DNA from: an uncultured bacterium
Lineage (GTDB): Bacteria > Zixibacteria > MSB-5A5 > JAABVY01 > JAHJOQ01
Reading direction: 5' to 3'
Assembly (NCBI GenBank): GCA_965369655.1
Contig: CBDUQR010000039.1
Span: forward strand, 1-24,849
DNA length: 24,849 nucleotides
The notes beneath the pieces were generated by a model, which was given only the letters and a program-made list of their open reading frames with translations, made no database searches and was not told the DNA's origin. The first letter of the stretch is position 1. Every line of letters begins with the position of its first letter. The position numbers and the translations under genes are program-made. Of the stretch, positions 9,564-18,346 are shown one piece after another.

Positions 9564-9734
9564 GCCTGCCCCATAAGTGCTAATGAACTTGAGCGGGAAG
9601 CTGACTCTGTCGCTCCCGCGGAGACGGGAGCCCATTTAACGATAACGTATTCAATAGATTCCCGCCTTCGCGGGAATGACCTCGCTTTCTTTCGCAAACG
9701 TGACCACCAACCCTTCAGGCCTTATGGGACAACC
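9564..9734. mobile_element. putative MITE-like non-autonomous element with imperfect terminal inverted repeats
   Basis: GCCTGCCCCATAAG (9564-9577) and CTTATGGGACAACC (9721-9734) are 11/14 inverted and enclose an internal palindrome pair; no transposase. Confidence 0.4.
9609..9680. repeat. inverted pair of palindromic repeats (ATTCCC-N8-GGGAAT, dRS3/REP-like)
   Basis: GTCGCTCCCGCGGAGACGGGAGCCCAT (9609-9635) and ATAGATTCCCGCCTTCGCGGGAATGAC (9654-9680) are 20/27 inverted, and each folds on itself. Confidence 0.75.
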
Positions 9735-9831
9735 TCTGGACATCTGCCGGGCACGCAGAACACTTAAGCTGTCTGATACTCCTATCAACCGCGTACGACC
9801 CGGCGAGAAACAGATTCTGTCCGTGCGAATC

Positions 9832-10375
9832 TCAACCCTTCTGTTTTTCGGCGAAAGCCTGAAACGACATCTCCTGGTACGCGTCGGTTGAGATAAACTT
9901 GAGCGCCAGAAAGAATCGATCAGCAGGCCAGAATCCTGATATAGGCGCGATAGTAGCGCCGTCCGGCTTCAGGAATATTGTAGATTGTAGTTGGATACCC
10001 CTTAACGCCAAATGCCCGCGAGAGTTGTTTTTCAGTAATCTCGGAGGCCTTGCCTACTTTATCGGTCACTTTCACTTTGTACATTGAACCGCCATCAACC
10101 ACTGCCAGAATGAAGCTCTCAGTCATAACAGAATAGACATTATCATCAGTAAAAGTGGATTTTTTCATCTTCTTGCAGTAACCGCACCAGCTTGTCGTAA
10201 AAAACACCATGACCGGCTTGTTTTCTTTCTTAGCCTTCTCCAGAGCCACATCATACTTGAGCCATTCGAGCGATTTGTCCGCCTTCGTGGTCTTCGAACC
10301 TGACTGACCTGCAGACAATGCCCAAGTTCCAAAAACAAAACAGAGTATGAGTATCACCAATGCTGATTTCTTCAT
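9832..10375 (-). pseudogene. exported thioredoxin-family protein (SoxW/DUF255-like), frameshifted
   Basis: Signal peptide, WCGYCKKM, FGVKGYPT. A tandem duplication ATTGTAG/ATTGTAG (9977-9990) shifts the frame. Removing one copy gives ...GYPTTIFLKPDGATIAPISGFWPADRFFLALKFISTDAYQEMSFQAFAEKQKG* (stop 9832-9834, 178 aa). The uncorrected ORF is 9920..10375. Confidence 0.88.
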
Positions 10376-10491
10376 GACAGTTTTCCAATCTAACTGGCTG
10401 TTGTTTACTCAGGCGATTACAATTGTTAAATTTAATCAAAATCGAACAAAAATCAACTTATTTCGAGCGCTGTATATTTGTAACCAATCAA

Positions 10492-13400
10492 TCAGTGACT
10501 GGTTCCAGAAGCATTTGTGGAGAGCTTGGTTTCCCATTTCACATGATCGCCCCCGAGAAGCGCCGAGAGACGGCGGGTCAGCCCGGGTTTCGCCGAGGCT
10601 TTGAGCTTCTCGGTTTTCATCACGACTCTTTCGCTGCCGGTGTTGACAACGAGAATGACTTCAGCCGACCCGGAGTATTCGGAGAGGATTTCCTCCAGGC
10701 TCTCCAGGCTGTCTCCATTCAAGTCAATGAACAGCTTTAGGATCAACTCTCCGCCATCGGCGACTTTGTCGAGCAGTTCAATCTTGTCCGCTACAATTTT
10801 CGGCTGTTCATCCTCTCGCGCCGAGACTTTGCCAGAGACCATTACCATCGACTCGGTAGCGATAGCGTCACGACGTTTCTCGTACAGATCAGAAAAAACA
10901 ATGATCTCGGTCGATCCCTCGAAATCCTCGAGCGTGACAAACGCCATGCGCTTGCCCTTCTTGTCGGTGTTGATCTTGATCCGGGTCAGCACGCCTCCCA
11001 TCGAAGCGCCGCTGCCGTCCGGATACTCGCCGATGCTGCCGGATGTACAGCTTGCAACTGTTGTCAGGAGAGTCCGGTATGCTTCGAGCGGATGACCTGA
11101 GACGTAGAACCCAAGCAGTTCCTTCTCATTGTGGAGCATCGTGCTCTTACTCCACTCCTGCATCTCAGGGAGTTTCGGCTCGACAACCGCAACATCGTCA
11201 TCGGCGAACAGGCTGACCTGGTCCCTGCTGCCCATTCCCCCCTGTCTCGACTGACCATAGCCGAGCGCGGATTCGACCACCTCATACAACTGCGCTCGAT
11301 GTCCCGGCAGGGAATCGACAGCGCCAGCCTTGACCAGAGATTCCAGCATTCGCTTGTTCAGAGCTTTCGGATCGACTCTCGCGGCAAAATCGAAGAGCGA
11401 CTCGAACTCGCTGCCGTCTTCACGCGCCGAGATGATCTTCTCGATAGCGCCGAGGCCGACGTTCTTGATTGCGCCGAGCGCGAACCTGATCTTCTCGTCT
11501 TCGACGGTAAACCCGGAATAGCTGTAATTGACATCGGGCGGGAGCACCTGAATGCCAAGCCGTCGGCATTCCTCCATCAGTATTATGACCCTGTCGGTGT
11601 TGCCCATTTCGGACGTGAGGGAAGCAGCTATGAACTCCCGCGGATAGTGCGCCTTCAGATACGCCGTCTGGTATGCGAGATATGAATAACCTGCTGCGTG
11701 TGATTTGTTAAATCCGTAACGAGCGAATGTTGCGATTTGCTCGAACACTTTCTCGGCTGTTTTTTTGTCAACGTCGTTTTTCTCACATCCGCCAAGGAAC
11801 TTTTGCTGTTGCTGTTCCATTATCTCGCGGACCTTCTTGCCCATCGCCTTGCGGAGAATATCGCCCTCTCCCGCAGTGTATCCGGCAAGCGCCATCGCAA
11901 TCTTGATTACCTGTTCCTGATAAACGATTACGCCGTATGTTTCCTCCAGGATCGGTTCGAGAAGAGGATGCAGGAAGACGACCTTGTCCTCACCATGTTT
12001 CCTCCTGATATAATCGTCGATCGTTCCGGCATCGAGCGGACCCGGACGAAACAGCGCGTTCATCGCGATCATATCGTCGAGGTTTTCGGGCTGAAGTTTT
12101 CTCAGATAGTCACGCATGCCATTCGATTCAAACTGAAAAATACCGACAGTGCCGCCCTCGCAGAATAGCTCATATACTTTCTTGTCGTCGAGCGGTACGG
12201 AGTCGATGTCGATTTTGACGCCATGATTCTGCTCTATGAACTTGATAGTATTATCGACGACCGTCAGTGTCCGGAGACCGAGGAAATCCATTTTGAGAAG
12301 CCCGATTTCTTCGATGTTGTTCATATTGTACTGGGTCGTGATATCATCGCCCTTCGGCGACTTGAACAGCGGTACAAACTCGGTCAGTTCGGTCGGCGCA
12401 ATAACAACACCCGCGGCATGCGTCGAAGCATGCCGGGCAAGCCCTTCCAGAGTCTGAGAATACTCGAGCAGTTTTTTCGCGCGTTCATCCTCTTTCACCA
12501 GCTTCTTCAACTCCGGTTCAGAGTCCAGCGCACCTGCGATTGTCTGCCCCGGTCCGGCTGGTATCAGCTTGGCAATTCTGTCGACCTCAGCGTACGGTAC
12601 CTCCATCACACGACCGACATCCCGTATCGACTGCCGCGCTGCCATAGTCCCGAACGTGATGATCTGGCAGACATTCCGCTCGCCATATTTTTCGATCACA
12701 TAGTCGATGACCTTGTCGCGACCGGTGTCCGCGAAATCGATGTCTATGTCGGGGAGCGATATTCGTTCAGGATTCAGAAATCGCTCGAAGAGCAATCCGT
12801 ACCGCATCGGGTCGAGGTTGACTATGCCGAGACAGTACGATACAAGCGAACCCGCCGCCGAGCCGCGCCCCGGACCGACCGGAATGCTGCGGCTGCGGGC
12901 GAAATCGATGAAGTCTTTCACGATCAGGAAGTATCCGGAATAGCCCATTGAGATTATCACATCGAGTTCGTAATCAAGACGTTGTTTCAGCTCGTCGGTG
13001 ATATCTCGGTAGCGCGACTTGAGTCCTTCGTTTGCGAGATGCCTCAGGTAGTCGTCGAGCTTGGCGTATCCATCCGGCAACGGATATTCGGGCAGGTGAT
13101 TGACTCCGAGTTCGATTTCGAGATTGCACATCTCGGCAATCCTGACACTGTTCTCGATCGCTTCCGGATAATCAGCGAACAACTCCTTCATTTCCTCGGG
13201 TGATTTCACATAGATCTGATCCGTGTTGTATTTCATCCGGTCGGTGTCACTCAGGAATTTCCCGGTCTGGATACAGAGCAGGGCGTCATGCGCCTCGCTG
13301 TCACTCCTGTGCAGATAATGGCAGTCGTTGGTGGCGACAATGGGAATATCGAGTTTCCGCGCAAGTCGCACAAGTTTGTCTTTTGTCTTGAGTTCTTCGG

Positions 13401-13947
13401 GAAGCCCGTGGTCCTGAATCTCAATGTAGAAGTTCTCGAATATGTCGGCGTATTTTCTTGCGGCATGCTCGGCTTCCGCATCTTCGTTATTGCGCAGGAG
13501 CCAGGAAATCTCGCCTTTGAGGCATGCCGAAGTCGCGATCAGACCATCGGCGTATTTTTTTAGACACTTCTTGTCGACCCGAGGACGATGATAGAATCCC
13601 TCAAGATAACCAGCCGAGACAATCTTGATCAAGTTTTTGTATCCGGTCTCATTCCTGGCCAGAAGGACTATGTGAAAGCCTGACGACGGTTTCCCGGCTA
13701 TCGGCTCTTTATAAGTCATGTCTCGCGGAGCAACATAGGCCTCACAGCCGATTATAGGCCTGATCCCTTTCTTCTTCGCTTTCTTGTAGAATTCGATCGC
13801 CCCGAACATGTTGCCATGATCGGTGATAGCAAGAGCCGGCATTTTCATCTTGTGCGCAAGATCGAGAAACGGATCGATGCGACACGCGCCATCGAGCAAC
13901 GAGTACTGTGTATGGTTGTGAAGATGCACGAAGTCGGCTACGCTCAT
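10492..13947 (-). CDS. dnaE: DNA polymerase III subunit alpha
   Basis: PHP domain HLHNHTQYSLLDG and AITDHG; GPGRGSAAGS, FERFLNPERISLPDIDIDF, GLLKMDFLGL, YGFNKSH; C-terminal OB fold. 1151 aa, no intein. Confidence 0.99.
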   Translation of the reverse strand: MSVADFVHLHNHTQYSLLDGACRIDPFLDLAHKMKMPALAITDHGNMFGAIEFYKKAKKKGIRPIIGCEAYVAPRDMTYKEPIAGKPSSGFHIVLLARNETGYKNLIKIVSAGYLEGFYHRPRVDKKCLKKYADGLIATSACLKGEISWLLRNNEDAEAEHAARKYADIFENFYIEIQDHGLPEELKTKDKLVRLARKLDIPIVATNDCHYLHRSDSEAHDALLCIQTGKFLSDTDRMKYNTDQIYVKSPEEMKELFADYPEAIENSVRIAEMCNLEIELGVNHLPEYPLPDGYAKLDDYLRHLANEGLKSRYRDITDELKQRLDYELDVIISMGYSGYFLIVKDFIDFARSRSIPVGPGRGSAAGSLVSYCLGIVNLDPMRYGLLFERFLNPERISLPDIDIDFADTGRDKVIDYVIEKYGERNVCQIITFGTMAARQSIRDVGRVMEVPYAEVDRIAKLIPAGPGQTIAGALDSEPELKKLVKEDERAKKLLEYSQTLEGLARHASTHAAGVVIAPTELTEFVPLFKSPKGDDITTQYNMNNIEEIGLLKMDFLGLRTLTVVDNTIKFIEQNHGVKIDIDSVPLDDKKVYELFCEGGTVGIFQFESNGMRDYLRKLQPENLDDMIAMNALFRPGPLDAGTIDDYIRRKHGEDKVVFLHPLLEPILEETYGVIVYQEQVIKIAMALAGYTAGEGDILRKAMGKKVREIMEQQQQKFLGGCEKNDVDKKTAEKVFEQIATFARYGFNKSHAAGYSYLAYQTAYLKAHYPREFIAASLTSEMGNTDRVIILMEECRRLGIQVLPPDVNYSYSGFTVEDEKIRFALGAIKNVGLGAIEKIISAREDGSEFESLFDFAARVDPKALNKRMLESLVKAGAVDSLPGHRAQLYEVVESALGYGQSRQGGMGSRDQVSLFADDDVAVVEPKLPEMQEWSKSTMLHNEKELLGFYVSGHPLEAYRTLLTTVASCTSGSIGEYPDGSGASMGGVLTRIKINTDKKGKRMAFVTLEDFEGSTEIIVFSDLYEKRRDAIATESMVMVSGKVSAREDEQPKIVADKIELLDKVADGGELILKLFIDLNGDSLESLEEILSEYSGSAEVILVVNTGSERVVMKTEKLKASAKPGLTRRLSALLGGDHVKWETKLSTNASGTSH

Positions 13948-15086
13948 TGAGTCCCCTCCTCGCTTAAGCGCTTCATTTCCTTGACAGCTTTGAGGGCTTC
14001 CTCCACCTCGACAATCGCAGAATCGAGTAGGCGAGCCTGCTCATACTTCTCGATGGCCGAATCGAATTTATTGATTCCCGCGAGCGCGTTTCCCCACCCG
14101 ATGTAGAGCGGGGCTGACATGCTGTCGAGTGTCGCAGCTTTCTCGAACACTGAGACCGCATTCCTCGGTTCGCCGAGCAGATTCAGGGTGAATCCGAGAT
14201 TGAGCCAGGCTTCGAAGAAAGTCGAGTCGAGTGCTACGACTTCCCTGAATGCCTTGCGGGCTCTCAGATACAGCGCTCGGTCGAAATACCGTACGCCCTC
14301 CTGCATCAGCATCGGTATCCGCATCTCCGCCGCAGTCGTCTCGAGGTTCTCCAGGCCGCTCTTAACAAAGTAATTGCCCGGATCAGCAGCGAGCGCCATC
14401 TCATAGCATATCCTCGCGCTGTCCAGGTTGCCTGCGGCCAGATGCAGGCTTGCCAGCGAGCTCAGGCTGTACACATCTGTCGTGTCGAGATCGTAGGCAA
14501 GGTAAGTGTACCTGAAACCTTCCACGGGACCTCTCTGAAGCGCAACCGCCAATCCCAGGTTCGAGAGAACGATCGGGCTGTTCGGGAAGGTCTCCAGCGC
14601 GGCAACGAGAAGGCTCTCCGCCTCGGCAAGCCTTCCGACTGCGCGAAAGACCACCGATCTGTATGCGGGCACTTTCGGATTCGGTCGAACCGATACTCTC
14701 TCGGCAAGATCGATATACTGAAGCGAGACATCGAATTCTCTCCGAAGCCAGGCGAATCTGCCGAGTTCGAGATACGCGTCGGCATCGAACTGATCTTGCT
14801 CGATCACTATGTTAAGCGCCTGCTCAGCCGACGCGAGATCGCCCATACGAGCGCACACATCCGCGAGCAGTTTGAGCGCGGCGACATTGGTCTCGTCCTC
14901 GCTGTATATCTCTCTGAGCAGATCGGCAGCTCCAGCCAGATCGCCCTCGGCGCTGAGCGAATCAATACTGCTCAGCCGTGGATCTGAAGCTATTGCCATA
15001 GTTCCGCAAAGAAAAACAAAGGTCACAAATAAAAGGACAATCCAGATATGTCGAAGTCGGGATATTGTCACACTATTAGCCGGCAT
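13944..15086 (-). CDS. tetratricopeptide-repeat protein with N-terminal signal/TM segment
   Basis: Repeated TPR motifs (DAYLELGRFAW, VLSNLGLA, EAWLNLGFTL..LGEPRNAVSVFEKA); AGGAG before ATG 15086; stop overlaps the dnaE start (ATGA). Confidence 0.88.
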   Translation of the reverse strand: MPANSVTISRLRHIWIVLLFVTFVFLCGTMAIASDPRLSSIDSLSAEGDLAGAADLLREIYSEDETNVAALKLLADVCARMGDLASAEQALNIVIEQDQFDADAYLELGRFAWLRREFDVSLQYIDLAERVSVRPNPKVPAYRSVVFRAVGRLAEAESLLVAALETFPNSPIVLSNLGLAVALQRGPVEGFRYTYLAYDLDTTDVYSLSSLASLHLAAGNLDSARICYEMALAADPGNYFVKSGLENLETTAAEMRIPMLMQEGVRYFDRALYLRARKAFREVVALDSTFFEAWLNLGFTLNLLGEPRNAVSVFEKAATLDSMSAPLYIGWGNALAGINKFDSAIEKYEQARLLDSAIVEVEEALKAVKEMKRLSEEGTQ

Positions 15087-15762
15087 GAACAACACGTCTC
15101 CTTTTGACGAAAAACTTGAACACAATAACACCAAAGACAAATCCACCAATGTGGGCAAACCATGCTACTCCTCCGCCTTCGGCACCGAGCGCGGGAAGAC
15201 CGTTTAGCACCTGCAGGAAAAACCAGAATCCGAGGAGAATTACTGCTGGAATCCGCACCATTCTAATGAAATACACTATAAAGATCAAGGTCAGTACTTT
15301 CGCTTTAGGATACATTATGAGATACGCGCCGAGTATTCCAGCGATAGCGCCCGAAGCTCCCACCATCGGCACCTGACCATGCGTGTTTGTCGCAATGAAT
15401 ACCGCTGCTGCGGCCAGCCCGGATGCGAGATAGAACAGTGTGAATTTGAACCTTCCGAGTTTATCCTCGATATTGTTCCCGAATATCCAGAGATAGAGCA
15501 TATTACCCCCGAGATGCACGATCCCTCCGTGCATGAACATGCTCGTAAAGAGATTCGCAGCAGATGATGTCGACATGTTAGGCGTCAACTCCAATCCTGT
15601 GGTCGCCTCGATCGGAATCAGTCCCCATTTTATGGTAAACAGGGTGAACCCTTCCGGGCCAAGCAGGAACTCATAGGCGTAAACGAGACAGTTGATTACA
15701 ATCAGTGCGATCGTAATCACCGGCGTCCGTTCGGTCGGGATGTCATCCTTGATGGGAAGCAT
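15076..15762 (-). CDS. rhomboid family intramembrane serine protease
   Basis: FTSMFMHGGIVHLGGNMLYLWIFGNNIE, VGASGAIAG (catalytic Ser), VAWFAHIGG (catalytic His). Confidence 0.96.
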   Translation of the reverse strand: MLPIKDDIPTERTPVITIALIVINCLVYAYEFLLGPEGFTLFTIKWGLIPIEATTGLELTPNMSTSSAANLFTSMFMHGGIVHLGGNMLYLWIFGNNIEDKLGRFKFTLFYLASGLAAAAVFIATNTHGQVPMVGASGAIAGILGAYLIMYPKAKVLTLIFIVYFIRMVRIPAVILLGFWFFLQVLNGLPALGAEGGGVAWFAHIGGFVFGVIVFKFFVKRRRVVHAG

Positions 15763-15799
15763 GCCTGCGCCTCAATCAGGTTATACCAGCCAAGAAACT

Positions 15800-15815
15800 A
15801 AATATCCGGATATTT
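15800..15815. promoter_or_regulatory. perfect 16-bp palindrome, candidate operator
   Basis: AAATATCCGGATATTT in the 83-bp gap upstream of the rhomboid gene. Confidence 0.35.
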
Positions 15816-15845
15816 CGCAGAGAATCCAACGGAAAACTGAGAAGA

Positions 15846-18098
15846 CTATCCGCCCTTGCGCACTCGCCTGAATTTCGATTCATGGATCGACATATTCCCG
15901 GCCCTGTCGCGAACCTCGATCCGAATTGTGTGCTCTCCGAGGTCGAGAGACTGTGACGGATACGTGATCATCCATTTCGACTCGGTATCATATTCCGGTA
16001 TCGCCCACACACCATCAACAGTGATCACAACGTATGTGTCGTCTGCGATGCCGGAGAGGTCATCCGTCAGCTTGAAACGAATCTTAGGACGTTTCTTCGT
16101 GACTGCCGCACCATTCCCAGGACTCACCCTGCTTATCCTCGGCGCAATAGTGTCGGTCAGCACGGCACATCTGCCCAGCTTGCTGATCTCAGTAGATACG
16201 ACCATGTCGGTTACATCGCCGCCTGCAAAACGCGGGTTGTCGTTACTGTTGAGACTGTAGATGTGGGAGCGAGACGTGTCCGCGCCACTCGGCATTGTAA
16301 GTTCTAATGTCATTGGCGACCTGAGTAGAATGTCGCGAGGTCCGATCTCATACACGGGAATCTGTCCATGATCTGATGTCCTGATCGTCAATGTATCGAC
16401 GTACATCGCGGACTCTGAGTAGAGAGAATTCGAATCGATGCCGAGACTCCCGCCGGGAAACTCAACCGTTACATCTGAATTGCCGCCTGCGACGAACGAC
16501 CCGCCGGCATCGATCTTCAGCGACGTATCGACGCTCACATAGACTGGGCTGATGCTGATAGACGAATCGGACTCATTGAAGACAACAGGCAGACCAAAGA
16601 AAGTTGAGCGGGCAATCCGGCTTCTCTGTCGCCAGAATGAATCAAGCTTCTCCACGTCGACCACGACTGCATCGTAGCTTGATATAGGCCGAGGACCTCT
16701 CAGAATCGATTGATCTACCGCCTGGTCTGGTTGAAACAGCGGGATGCCGGTTTCGGACAATCTTATAAGGCAGTCGAACCTGATACCATCCGTAGAGAAT
16801 GCCGAGAGAAGCAGCATCTTTCCTGCAAGATGTCTGAAGCGACCCATGAGTTCGATATCGCCATCGATGTACCTAACGAAATCGGCAGCCTCGGCGCCTG
16901 AAATCAGGCTGTCGAACCGCTGATTTGCGCTGTCAGGAATCGCCACCTCGTATGACCAGCCATTTGTGTCAAGAACAGCGCCGCAGGTATCATCGGCATA
17001 GAGAGCGAGAATCGGGGGATGGCACCTGATATCAACATGCAACTCGGCTATCGAGACATTCCCGGATTGATCGTAGATGTTGAACGACAACTTCGTCACT
17101 CCATCGGCGCAAGTAGGATCGCAGTATGAAATAACGCCTCGGTTTTTCGACAGCTTGTTCGATATCGGTGGTTCCGCTCCCGGAAGCAGATAGAGATTGT
17201 GCGTGAATTTATCGTCCTCGACAGATCTGCCGTAGTTCAGTTCGAGGTTGACTTCGCTCCATCGGTCGAATGAAATGGTATCGTAATCGGTGACGAAAAA
17301 CATCTCAGGCGGTTCGCCGACAAGCATCTCGATTCGGGTGACTGAAAACTTTCTTTTCGTAGCATTTCTGCGGTCGTAGCAGTCGATCTCGACACCAATC
17401 GGACCATAGATCGCAACAGTATCCTTCGCCACATAGCGACCCGATTCAGATTGTAACCGTATCGTCCTGACCGATGGTGAATCACCTGCCCTGCCTACGA
17501 CCGGGTCAAGAGGTCGAAGCGATATGCTCCGAATCTCCGGCGCGCGGTCGTCCCGGAGTTCCGGATAGAATGACAGCGGCGACAGAGGTTCGTGCTCGCC
17601 GGTCCTGATTTCGAAATGCAGATGTGGCGCGCCGACTCCAGACTGTCCTGTATATGCCACGAGGTCGCCAGCGCTGAATTTGAATCTTCCAGGCAGCGGA
17701 TACAGATCAGTCTTGTATCGTTTCAGTGCGATCTGCTGCTCCTGTACATACTTGTCGATCTCGGGAGTGAACTTTAGCAGGTGTCCATATACGGCGATAT
17801 GGCCGTCGTCGAGCTTCAGATAGAGCGCCTTGCCGTAACCATACCAGTTGGTTGCGATTCGCTCGACATAGCCATCGGTAATCGCTACCGCCTTGTAGCC
17901 GGTCTTGCCGAATGTCCTGACGTCGATGCCGGAGTGATAGTGCCCCGATCGCCACTGACAAAAACCGGAAGTCAGTTCCTGTGATGCAGGCAGCGGCCAT
18001 AAGTAGTTGCCGGACTTGTCTATACACGACGCAGGTTGTGACCATCCAACTGCGAGGATTATCAGGAATACTATTTTTCTGGTCAAATCGTTCAGCAT
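15846..18098 (-). CDS. M23 family zinc metallopeptidase with long C-terminal beta-rich/Ig-like region
   Basis: Signal peptide; YHSGIDVRT (HxxxD), GYGKALY, VYGHL, GAPHLHFEIR (HxH); C-terminal DTIAPRI...GEHTIRIEVRDRAGN Ig-like domain. Confidence 0.9.
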   Translation of the reverse strand: MLNDLTRKIVFLIILAVGWSQPASCIDKSGNYLWPLPASQELTSGFCQWRSGHYHSGIDVRTFGKTGYKAVAITDGYVERIATNWYGYGKALYLKLDDGHIAVYGHLLKFTPEIDKYVQEQQIALKRYKTDLYPLPGRFKFSAGDLVAYTGQSGVGAPHLHFEIRTGEHEPLSPLSFYPELRDDRAPEIRSISLRPLDPVVGRAGDSPSVRTIRLQSESGRYVAKDTVAIYGPIGVEIDCYDRRNATKRKFSVTRIEMLVGEPPEMFFVTDYDTISFDRWSEVNLELNYGRSVEDDKFTHNLYLLPGAEPPISNKLSKNRGVISYCDPTCADGVTKLSFNIYDQSGNVSIAELHVDIRCHPPILALYADDTCGAVLDTNGWSYEVAIPDSANQRFDSLISGAEAADFVRYIDGDIELMGRFRHLAGKMLLLSAFSTDGIRFDCLIRLSETGIPLFQPDQAVDQSILRGPRPISSYDAVVVDVEKLDSFWRQRSRIARSTFFGLPVVFNESDSSISISPVYVSVDTSLKIDAGGSFVAGGNSDVTVEFPGGSLGIDSNSLYSESAMYVDTLTIRTSDHGQIPVYEIGPRDILLRSPMTLELTMPSGADTSRSHIYSLNSNDNPRFAGGDVTDMVVSTEISKLGRCAVLTDTIAPRISRVSPGNGAAVTKKRPKIRFKLTDDLSGIADDTYVVITVDGVWAIPEYDTESKWMITYPSQSLDLGEHTIRIEVRDRAGNMSIHESKFRRVRKGG

Positions 18099-18109
18099 AA
18101 TCGAATGCG

Positions 18110-18138
18110 TTTATAGCGACGATTCCGGTCCAAGTCAA
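18110..18138 (-). promoter_or_regulatory. putative sigma70 promoter of the M23 gene
   Basis: Minus strand TTGACT-N17-TATAAA, 11 nt before ATG 18098. Confidence 0.45.
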
Positions 18139-18189
18139 CCAAATAAACTATGTGCATTGAATACATGCGGATCAGCACAACTACTCACA

Positions 18190-18246
18190 GTGCGCGCAGG
18201 AGTTGTGCTCCTGCGTATTTCGTCGGGGCACAGCCCCGACGAGCAC
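18190..18246. repeat. inverted REP-like hairpin pair (REPIN/BIME-like)
   Basis: GTGCG-CGCAGGAG-TTGTG-CTCCTGCG on plus and GTGCT-CGTCGGGG-CTGTG-CCCCGACG on minus share one architecture with different but fully paired stems. Confidence 0.65.
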
Positions 18247-18276
18247 AACTTTGGCGGGAATGAGTCGCAGATTCCA

Positions 18277-18304
18277 TTGACAAGCCACCCGATTCTGCTA
18301 TATT
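18277..18304 (+). promoter_or_regulatory. sigma70 promoter of the modular hydrolase gene
   Basis: TTGACA (18277-18282)-N16-TATATT (18299-18304) with extended -10 TG; GGGAG RBS before ATG 18347. Confidence 0.6.
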
Positions 18305-18346
18305 TAACCCGTACCAATTGGTCCAAAATATATGTGGGAGTGAATC

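Noticed and set aside
9564..9830. Possible riboswitch, CRISPR array or known ncRNA in the intergenic region
   Set aside because: No regularly spaced direct repeats and no riboswitch consensus I can recognise; the structure is better explained as interspersed palindromic repeats. An Rfam scan would settle it.
9423..9891. Small ORFs 9423..9767 and 9676..9891 (+)
   Set aside because: They run through the AT-rich promoter region and palindromic repeats (e.g. DSRLRGND is the translated repeat) and overlap the restored thioredoxin tail.
8895..10375. Selenocysteine recoding in the CxxC proteins
   Set aside because: Both CDGC and CGYC motifs use ordinary Cys codons, and the thioredoxin truncation is explained by the 7-bp duplication rather than a UGA.
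10601..13563. Several antisense ORFs within dnaE, and a possible intein
   Set aside because: The ORFs are shadows without motifs. DnaE is normal length with contiguous motifs and no intein signature.
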